The notes under the pieces: generated by a model
Database searches by the model: none
Told to the model about the DNA's origin: nothing
What the model saw: only the letters and a program-made list of their open reading frames with translations
IMG/VR virus record: IMGVR_UViG_2731957841_000001
Span: 1 to 19,805 of that record
Reading direction: 5' to 3' (one strand)
Origin: a virus
Lineage: Duplodnaviria > Heunggongvirae > Uroviricota > Caudoviricetes
Length of the DNA stretch: 19,805 bases
Position numbers and translations under genes: made by a program
Shown: piece after piece, positions 9,292 through 15,943 of the stretch
Layout of the letters: every line of letters starts with the position of its first letter
How positions within the stretch are numbered: the first letter of the stretch is position 1

Positions 9292-9525
9292 ATGCGCATT
9301 GAAATAATGATCGATAAAGAGCAGAAGATTAGCCAGTCTATCCTGGACGCCCTTGAATCCGAGCTTTACCGCAATCTGCGCCCCCTGTATCCCAAAACGG
9401 TAATTCGTATCCGCAAAGGTAGCTCTAACGGTGTGGAACTGACCGGACTGCAACTGGACGAAGAAAGAAAACAAGTGATGAAAATTATGCAGAAGGTGTG
9501 GGAAGACGACAGCTGGCTGCATTAA
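9292..9525 (+). CDS. DinI-family protein
   Basis: MRIEIMIDKEQ...ILDALESELYRNL...VWEDDSWL aligns along its length with E. coli DinI as I recall it (MRIEVTIAK...IDALAGELSRRI...TWESADDWF). GAGGTGA RBS. Confidence 0.8.
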   Translation: MRIEIMIDKEQKISQSILDALESELYRNLRPLYPKTVIRIRKGSSNGVELTGLQLDEERKQVMKIMQKVWEDDSWLH

Positions 9526-9527
9526 GA

Positions 9528-9570
9528 AACGTTGCTGGCGTCTGAACTTGCTTCTGACGTCAGCAACGTT
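9528..9570. terminator. Long hairpin (15-bp stem AACGTTGCTGGCGTC / GACGTCAGCAACGTT, 13-nt loop) between convergent genes
   Basis: Inverted repeat read from the sequence, 2 nt after the DinI-like stop; a U-rich tract follows only on the minus-strand transcript. Confidence 0.45.
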
Positions 9571-9791
9571 GAACAACTAGTTTAGTGGGGCATTAGTCAT
9601 GGGGTAAAATACAGTAACCATTATTTTCACTTCCGCTCAGATTTAACCGAACGTTAGTTTTGCTACGTATGATGGGCTGCAAATTACCTTTTGGGATTTG
9701 TGATAGATACGAAAATCCTATTAGATGCTTGTTAGACCGGAAGCGCCACTTCGAACGAAAAGTAATGGCCACTTATGCCGGTTTAAAAGCC

Positions 9792-10322
9792 TTAACCTTG
9801 TATAGTTATTTGAATATTTTCTTCATTGACACCAAAGTATAGGGCTAGCCCTGCTTTTGCCTCCTGAAGTGTTAACGGCTTAACTACATTTTCTTCTTCT
9901 TCTTCGTACTCATCACCCGCTTGATCGACAATCGAATTAGTCGGGGTTAATTTTGGAAGAGCTTTAAATTCCAACTTGTCAGCCTCAATGCCAATGTCTT
10001 TGAGGTTGCGATAAGAAACGGGATTCCGATTGCCATCCCATTGTCCTGGGATGTCAATTTCAGCATAAGAATTGATGTTTATGATCCAGCGTTTAGGGTT
10101 TTCTGGAGCCCTGCTTACTCCCGAGATTCGACCGATCATAAAAGCATGATGATGTTTTGCTTCTTGTGATCCCCAGTCCTTTCTCGAATTTTGTACACAA
10201 ACTAAATATTCGTGCTTAGCTGCATGGCTGGCGTCAAGTCTCCATGCTTGGCTTCCCCCTGTGTTCAAAATCTCTGTTAAACCACGAGCAGTAAGTACAG
10301 TAATACAGTTGGTAGTAGCCAT
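9792..10322 (-). CDS. Hypothetical 176-aa protein, opposite-strand orphan in the cargo interval
   Basis: Long AT-rich ORF with a His-rich patch (KHHHAF), a WDGNRN motif and an acidic linker (DEYEEEEEN). No family recognised. Confidence 0.55.
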   Translation of the reverse strand: MATTNCITVLTARGLTEILNTGGSQAWRLDASHAAKHEYLVCVQNSRKDWGSQEAKHHHAFMIGRISGVSRAPENPKRWIININSYAEIDIPGQWDGNRNPVSYRNLKDIGIEADKLEFKALPKLTPTNSIVDQAGDEYEEEEENVVKPLTLQEAKAGLALYFGVNEENIQITIQG

Positions 10323-10637
10323 TGAATTGTGACCCCGTCTTTTTTAGAGAAATACTATTGATGAATGTAGTTTACGTATTTTTTTATTGAGTAGTCAAGT
10401 TAGTATTCTGCTCGTTATTGGCTGTTTTTTGAGTGTTGTGAGTTAGTACTTTGTGTAGTACCTCTTGGTTTATGAGGGTTAAATCTAAGTTATGACAAAG
10501 GGAGGCAGGGGGAACGCGCAGCGCAAGGTGTACAGGAGGCCATAAGGACTCACTTGAAGTAAGAAAAGATCGATAAAGCAACAATGCATGTCTATGCCGC
10601 ATGAATTCGCATGATCGTTTGAGGATCGTTTTAGCTG

Positions 10638-10667
10638 AGGCCCGCTAGGAATGGCGGGCTTTTGTTT
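10638..10667 (+). terminator. Rho-independent terminator-like hairpin (GCCCGC / GCGGGC stem, 8-nt loop) followed by TTTTGTTT
   Basis: Read from the sequence; no plus-strand gene lies upstream within about 1 kb. Confidence 0.45.
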
Positions 10668-10708
10668 ATGTCATGCAAGTGCATGAAAACCACTACATAA
10701 AGCGGGCA

Positions 10709-10727
10709 GGCGTGGCGGGGATACGAG
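10709..10727. other. cos-like motif GGCGTGGCGGGGATACGAG
   Basis: First 13 nt match the 186 cohesive end as I recall it (GGCGTGGCGGGGAAAGCAT; P2 is GGCGAGGCGGGGAAAGCAC). It is a GC-rich island in AT-rich spacer between the A-side cargo and Q. Confidence 0.35.
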
Positions 10728-10764
10728 CGCGCGCTGGGAGGTATAAGAATGAAGTACAATTAAC

Positions 10765-10792
10765 TTCACTTTGTTGAGTAAAATGCTATAAG
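10765..10792 (+). promoter_or_regulatory. Candidate sigma70 promoter for the OLD-like gene (-35 TTCACT, 16-bp spacer, -10 TATAAG)
   Basis: Hexamers read from the sequence about 70 bp upstream of ATG 10859; weak match, unverified. Confidence 0.25.
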
Positions 10793-10858
10793 AATAATGC
10801 AAATTATTGAGTCCCATTAGTTCAAAACTTAGGGATATCTTATGTGAAAGGAGGTTAT

Positions 10859-12544
10859 ATGTTAGATAAATTGATTTTTAATTCAGGAAGTAATCCAACA
10901 TCTAAATCTTCATTATCGGTTGACTTGACTCCATTGACAATTTTTGTGGGGCCGAATAATAGTGGTAAATCTAGAGCTTTAATCGATATAGAAAATCAAC
11001 TGACAACCCGAAATGCAGCGCAGGGAGAAGTAATAAAACAGATATTAATCAAACCACTTTCTGAGGATGAAGCAAAAAAGGAAATTGAATCTTTACAAGT
11101 TGAGCCAAACCAGGATGAAAAGCATGCGGGGCATGTTGTTTTATCTAGGCTAAACCTCCGTGGTGAAGGAATATCTAGGATTCTAGTGTATTTGGATGGA
11201 ATGTTAAGAGAATTCCAGCAACCCAATGAATTCAATCGGGAGCATCTATATCAATATTACTCGTTGCTGACTCTAAGGTTGGATGGTAGAAGTCGACTTT
11301 CCTTAACTTCAAGTCAAGGTTCATCCGATTTACAAGGAGAACCTACGAATAACCTTTCATTTCTTTTTAAAAATAATAAAGCAAGGATGGAGCTAAGAGA
11401 TATCGTTTTTGATGCTTTCGGGAAGTATCTTGTTATTGATCCAACAAATATAGGTTATCTTAGAATTCGTCTTTCTGAGCGCGCTCCTGAGACTGAACAA
11501 GAAGAAAGAGGTTGGGATGAAAAGTCAGTGCTTTTTCATTCAAAAGCGTCATTGATTACAGAGGCTAGCGATGGTGTTAATGCTTTTGTTGGGATGATGA
11601 TTTCGCTGATAGTTGGCTCACCAAAGGTGACTCTAATTGATGAGCCGGAAGCTTTTTTACATCCATCCTTATGCTCAAAGTTAGGAAAGGAAATATCTAG
11701 GATTAGTGCTCATAGTAATAAAAATGTGTTTATTTCAACGCATAGCGCTAATTTTTTAATGGGTTGTGTTCAAGGTAAAGTGCCATTGAATATAGTTAGG
11801 CTTACTTTTGATGGTAAATCTGGTACGTCTAGATTACTAACAAAGGAACAATTGACGCCGCTCATGAGAAATCCGTTATTAAGATCTATTGGTGTGCTAA
11901 ACGCATTGTTTTATAATTACGTTGTCGTTACTGAAGCGGATGCAGATAGGGCATTTTATCAAGAGATTAATGAGCGCTTATTGGCTGCTGGAGATCCTCG
12001 GGGTATTGAGGGATGCCTGTTTTTGAATGCTCAAAACAAACAAACTGTTTGGGATATAGTAAAACCCCTTCGTGAGCTAGGTATTCCCTGCGTTGGAGTG
12101 GTAGATATCGATATATTGAAGGAGGGAGGAGTTGTATGGAAAAAACCAATGCTTGGAGCTTTTTTTCCAGAAATGAAGCATGAAACTTTAGGTTTGGAAA
12201 GACAAAAGCTTTTTCAAGCCTTCAAAAATACGAATAAAAATATGAAGACAGATGGGGGCCTCTCCTTGTTATCGGGTTCAGATAAAACCGCCTGCTCTGA
12301 GTTTTTTAAATCCCTTTCAGATTATGGGGTTTTTGTCGTTCCAACGGGCGAGATCGAGTCTTGGTTGCAAAATCTTGAAATAGGTCGAGGAAAGAATACT
12401 TGGTTAACAAGTATTTTCGAGAAGATGGGGGATGATCCTAATGATGAATCATATGTGAAGCCATCTGAAGGTGATGTTTGGGATTTTATTGGGAATATAA
12501 AGCACTGGTTGGTTAACCCTGAAAGGAAGGGTATTCCCGAGTGA
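10859..12544 (+). CDS. OLD-family nuclease: N-terminal ABC-type ATPase plus C-terminal Toprim domain (P2 Old-like, class 1 arrangement)
   Basis: Start at ATG 10859 (AGGAGG RBS). Walker A (FVGPNNSGKS), signature-like EASDGVNAF, Walker B (VTLIDEPEAFLHP), H-loop (ISTHSA); C-terminal Toprim-like acidic motifs (VVVTEADADRAF, VGVVDIDIL). No adjacent helicase gene. Confidence 0.7.
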   Translation: MLDKLIFNSGSNPTSKSSLSVDLTPLTIFVGPNNSGKSRALIDIENQLTTRNAAQGEVIKQILIKPLSEDEAKKEIESLQVEPNQDEKHAGHVVLSRLNLRGEGISRILVYLDGMLREFQQPNEFNREHLYQYYSLLTLRLDGRSRLSLTSSQGSSDLQGEPTNNLSFLFKNNKARMELRDIVFDAFGKYLVIDPTNIGYLRIRLSERAPETEQEERGWDEKSVLFHSKASLITEASDGVNAFVGMMISLIVGSPKVTLIDEPEAFLHPSLCSKLGKEISRISAHSNKNVFISTHSANFLMGCVQGKVPLNIVRLTFDGKSGTSRLLTKEQLTPLMRNPLLRSIGVLNALFYNYVVVTEADADRAFYQEINERLLAAGDPRGIEGCLFLNAQNKQTVWDIVKPLRELGIPCVGVVDIDILKEGGVVWKKPMLGAFFPEMKHETLGLERQKLFQAFKNTNKNMKTDGGLSLLSGSDKTACSEFFKSLSDYGVFVVPTGEIESWLQNLEIGRGKNTWLTSIFEKMGDDPNDESYVKPSEGDVWDFIGNIKHWLVNPERKGIPE

Positions 12545-12551
12545 GTTTATT

Positions 12552-12573
12552 GAGCCGCTTTAGCGGCTCTTTT
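12552..12573 (+). terminator. Rho-independent terminator (GAGCCGC-TTTA-GCGGCTC followed by TTTT) after the OLD-like gene
   Basis: Hairpin plus T-run 8 nt after the stop codon, in the 36-bp gap before the convergent Q stop. Confidence 0.55.
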
Positions 12574-12580
12574 CATATTC

Positions 12581-13609
12581 CTATGCAAGGTTATATTCAT
12601 TAAATTGCATTATTGGCTCCTTTATCCATTCATTTACTTCTTGAAGCCTTTTTTGCAATGGAATTAGCTCATTACGGACAAAGACCCTGCTGGCTTTCTC
12701 CACATCCCCAAATCCCCCGACATTATTTGGCATTATCCCCATCATTTGTGGCGGCACACGATGCGCAGCCATCATGTCATCCCGGCTCACGTTCTTGATA
12801 TTCAGAAACTCATCCTTCGCCGCGACTTCTGACAACGGGATGATCTGAAGCCCGTCCTTTTTGCCGTTAGGCGAGTACATAAACAGGTTGCGGAAGTTGC
12901 CAGGGCCTTTGGCGCTTTTCATCGCATTGCGGAGGTTGTTCACATCCTCCTGGTTCTGCGCGGCATCGGTCATGTACATGATGAAGCCTGCATGACTGCC
13001 GTTAATGTAATACTTCCGGCGGAACAGCGTGGCGGACTCGTTGAGCAGGGCTGACGGAATGGCAGAAAGATAACCTGGCAGGCCGTAGATCTCCTGGTTG
13101 ATGTCAGGTTCCATCAGATGAAAAATGCTGCCTTTCGTGAACTGATACGGCTGGGTTGTCATACCGTATTGCACAAACCAGTAGGTATCCAGGTCTAACC
13201 CGCGTCGGGTGTATTTTGCCAGCGCAGGCTCAAGGGCTATAACTTCACCGAATCGGTTCGTGCGTTTCTCCAGGTAGGCGTTACCAAATACCAGATAGTC
13301 CTGCACAAAACGCGAAAAAGCCTGTTGGCTGAGCAGCGGATGAGGGATATAGGTACTGGTCAGAATGTTGCACTTTACTGCAATCGGGGAACTGTGATGC
13401 ACGGCAGCCCGGAAGGTGCGCGCCAGTCCGTCAAAACTTACGGGTGGCTCATACCAGCGATCCGTCTGTACGCATTCCACATAGTCCAGCAGTTCGCGGC
13501 GGTCCAGTACAGGAATGGGATCACCAAAGCTGAAAGCTTCGGCTGAAGTTTGATTTTTATGCTGGCTCCGTTTCGTCGCAGCAGCGCGGTTTTTCTTACT
13601 CTTTCCCAT
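12581..13609 (-). CDS. Q: Portal protein (P2 gpQ-like)
   Basis: 342 aa from ATG 13609 (the track starts one codon earlier at TTG); directly downstream of the terminase gene with a TGATG stop/start overlap, as in the P2 PQ operon. Confidence 0.85.
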   Translation of the reverse strand: MGKSKKNRAAATKRSQHKNQTSAEAFSFGDPIPVLDRRELLDYVECVQTDRWYEPPVSFDGLARTFRAAVHHSSPIAVKCNILTSTYIPHPLLSQQAFSRFVQDYLVFGNAYLEKRTNRFGEVIALEPALAKYTRRGLDLDTYWFVQYGMTTQPYQFTKGSIFHLMEPDINQEIYGLPGYLSAIPSALLNESATLFRRKYYINGSHAGFIMYMTDAAQNQEDVNNLRNAMKSAKGPGNFRNLFMYSPNGKKDGLQIIPLSEVAAKDEFLNIKNVSRDDMMAAHRVPPQMMGIMPNNVGGFGDVEKASRVFVRNELIPLQKRLQEVNEWIKEPIMQFNEYNLA

Positions 13610-15375
13610 CAAAAAATCTCCACAATATTGCTGGTATTGGCGGACTCGCCCTGCAGCGGTTCGTTAAACAGTGCGTGCATTGTTGCCCAGGCCAGATCGG
13701 CGTGGCTGGCTTCTTCGCTGCGGCTAGCTTCATAGGTCGGGCGGTTGCCGCTGGCGGTGGTGGCGCGACGGATTGCCATGAATGACTGCGCAATGTCGGT
13801 GTGCCCGGCGTCAAACTCCAGACGGCGGTGGCTGATAATGTCGTAGGCCTTGAGTACCAGGGCGTTTTTAACGTTGGGGTTGTAGACAAACTCCCGGACG
13901 GCAGGAAAGAACGCTTTCACGTTCTCATAAACCCCGTGACCGACGCCTGTCGAGTCGATGCCGATATAGGTCACGTTGTACTGCTCGGTCAGTTTTTTGA
14001 TTGCATCAGCCTGGGCGCGGAAGTCCATCCCGCGCCACTGGTGACGCTCAAGAATGCGAAACTTACCGCCTGGCACGGCTGGCGGTGCCACCACCACGCA
14101 TCCGGCGCTGTCGCCATTCTGCGTACCTTTTGCCGGGTCATAACCGATCCACACCTCGCGCCAGCCAAACGGGCGCAGGGCCAGTGCATGAAAGTCGGTC
14201 CAGACTTCCCAACTGTCCACCATGCACGCCTGCAGCTCGCTGAGCGGAAACACGGATGCGAGATCGTCCACAAACTCGCACATCAGCAGGTTCTGGTATT
14301 CGTCCGGGCTGTACTCCATGCGTAGCTGGTCGAGGTCGAACAGGTTACAGCCGCCGCGCACCGCATCTTCCACGGTGACTATCTGGCGGTATTGCCCGTC
14401 TGCGCACAGCAGGCCGGGGGCCAGATTGCTGTGGGACAGGTCGATGTCCACCTTATCGGCTTTGTTGCGCCCACGGTTGAACAGCGCACCGGACCAGAAC
14501 GGATAAGCACTGTGTGTCAGACTGGATGGCGTGGAAAAATAGGTTTGTCGCCATTTTTTGTGAATAGCCATACCGGAAGCCACTTTGCGCAGCTCCTGGA
14601 ATTTCGGTATCCAGAAATATTCATCCAGATACAGGTTGCCGTGGTAACTCTGGGCCGTGCGGGCATTGGTGCCGAGGAAGTAAAGCGTGGCCCCGTTAGG
14701 AAGCACCATCGGATCGCCTTTCAGCTCCACCTCCACTTCTTTGGCAAAGTCGATGATGTACTGTTTAAAGACGTGGGCCTGAGCCTTGCTGGCAGAAAGG
14801 AAAATCTGGTTACGCCCGGTCAGCAGGGCGTCAATCAGGGCTTCACGGGCAAAGTAAAAGGTCGCGCCGATCTGGCGTGACTTCAGCAGGTTGCGGATGC
14901 GGTTGGTTTTTCCGGCTTCCCACCAGTGGCGCTGGTAGTTGAACATAGAGGAATGGAAGATTTCTTCCAGTTTCTCAATCTGTTCATCGGTGAAAACATT
15001 CTTTTCCGGCTGACGACGTGGGCCTTTGTTGCGGTTGGCAACGTTAGGGTTTAAGTCGGCTTCGTTGCCGCCATTGTTAAACTTGCCGATCCGCGCGTGG
15101 CGCTCAGACTGGCGTGCCAGCAGGTCAATTTCTTTGAAATCTTTCCCTTCTTTGTGCTCCTTCATAATGAGCTGGCAGTAGCGTGCGGCGGTGGTGAGCT
15201 GCATCTGATCCAGCGGCCCATAGTCACCCCACTTGTCGCGTTTTTTCCAGCTGTGAACGGTTGCAACTTTCTCGCCCAGCATTTCAGCAATGCGGGCGAC
15301 GCGGTATCCCTGAAAGTACAGCAGCATGGCCTGCCGACGGGGATCGAGATCTGCGGGTGTCAGTGTGGTGTTCAT
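13609..15375 (-). CDS. P: Terminase large (ATPase) subunit (P2 gpP-like)
   Basis: 588 aa; N-terminus (LDPRRQAMLLYFQGYRVARIAEMLG...HSWKKRDKW) and size match P2 gpP; followed by Q on the same strand. Confidence 0.85.
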   Translation of the reverse strand: MNTTLTPADLDPRRQAMLLYFQGYRVARIAEMLGEKVATVHSWKKRDKWGDYGPLDQMQLTTAARYCQLIMKEHKEGKDFKEIDLLARQSERHARIGKFNNGGNEADLNPNVANRNKGPRRQPEKNVFTDEQIEKLEEIFHSSMFNYQRHWWEAGKTNRIRNLLKSRQIGATFYFAREALIDALLTGRNQIFLSASKAQAHVFKQYIIDFAKEVEVELKGDPMVLPNGATLYFLGTNARTAQSYHGNLYLDEYFWIPKFQELRKVASGMAIHKKWRQTYFSTPSSLTHSAYPFWSGALFNRGRNKADKVDIDLSHSNLAPGLLCADGQYRQIVTVEDAVRGGCNLFDLDQLRMEYSPDEYQNLLMCEFVDDLASVFPLSELQACMVDSWEVWTDFHALALRPFGWREVWIGYDPAKGTQNGDSAGCVVVAPPAVPGGKFRILERHQWRGMDFRAQADAIKKLTEQYNVTYIGIDSTGVGHGVYENVKAFFPAVREFVYNPNVKNALVLKAYDIISHRRLEFDAGHTDIAQSFMAIRRATTASGNRPTYEASRSEEASHADLAWATMHALFNEPLQGESANTSNIVEIF

Positions 15376-15424
15376 GGCACAAACCTACAGCCTTGAATGA
15401 AGGCTTTCCCCGCCTGCGGTTTGT

Positions 15425-15943
15425 GTGGTTGAAGGACTTTCAGTTGCGGGGCCAACTGCAGCTTATGAATTTCATGCCCGAAGCGCCGACGGTCGGGTGG
15501 CGGATGCCAGTGCAACCAGCCCGGCACCTGCAGAGGTGGTGCTGACTGTCCTTAGCCGCGAAGGCGATGGAACTGCAGAAAAAGACCTGCTGGACGTGGT
15601 GGAAAAAGCTCTGAACAGTGAGAACGTCCGCCCGGTGGCTGACCGTCTTACGGTTCGCAGCGCAGAAATCATCCCGTATCGCGTGGAAGCCACCATTTTT
15701 CTCTATCCGGGACCGGAAGCAGAGCCGGTAATGGCAGCGGCAAAAGCCAGTCTGCAGAAGTACATTGCCAGCCAGACGAGGCTTGGTCGGGATATTCGCC
15801 GTAGCGCCATCTTTGCTGCTCTGCATGTTGAGGGTGTTCAACGTGTGGAACTGGCTTCTCCGCTGGCGGATGTGGTCCTGAACAAAACACAGGCGGCATC
15901 ATGTACGCAGTGGAGCGTAACCAACGGAGGAACGGATGAATAG
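15425..15943 (+). pseudogene. J: Baseplate protein J, C-terminal fragment only
   Basis: Translation resembles the C-terminal part of P2-type gpJ (RPVADRLTVRSAEIIPYRVEATIFLYPG...IFAALHVEGVQRVEL), and its stop overlaps the next start as at the P2 J/I junction. It begins about 50 bp after the P start codon, so O-N-M-L-lysis-R-S-V-W and the J N-terminus are absent. Confidence 0.6.

Noticed and set aside
9660-9842. 60-aa plus-strand ORF overlapping the 3' end of the 176-aa gene, and the palindrome AGGGCTAGCCCT at 9841..9852
   Set aside because: No RBS, an implausible Cys/Arg-rich translation, and the palindrome has no loop to form a stable hairpin.
10384-10602. 72-aa minus-strand ORF in the 176-aa/OLD-like spacer
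   Set aside because: No RBS and a low-complexity translation; more likely non-coding. Tiny plus-strand ORFs of 6-17 codons in the same spacer were also inspected and none is convincing.
12545-12580. cos site in the canonical position between the last cargo gene and the Q stop
   Set aside because: Only 36 bp are present and they hold a terminator hairpin with no GGCG(A/T)GGCGGGG-like sequence; the only cos-like motif is at 10709..10727.
13801-15545. Multiple plus-strand ORFs overlapping the terminase gene
   Set aside because: All are antisense to the strongly supported P gene, with Arg/Ala-rich translations typical of GC-rich antisense frames.
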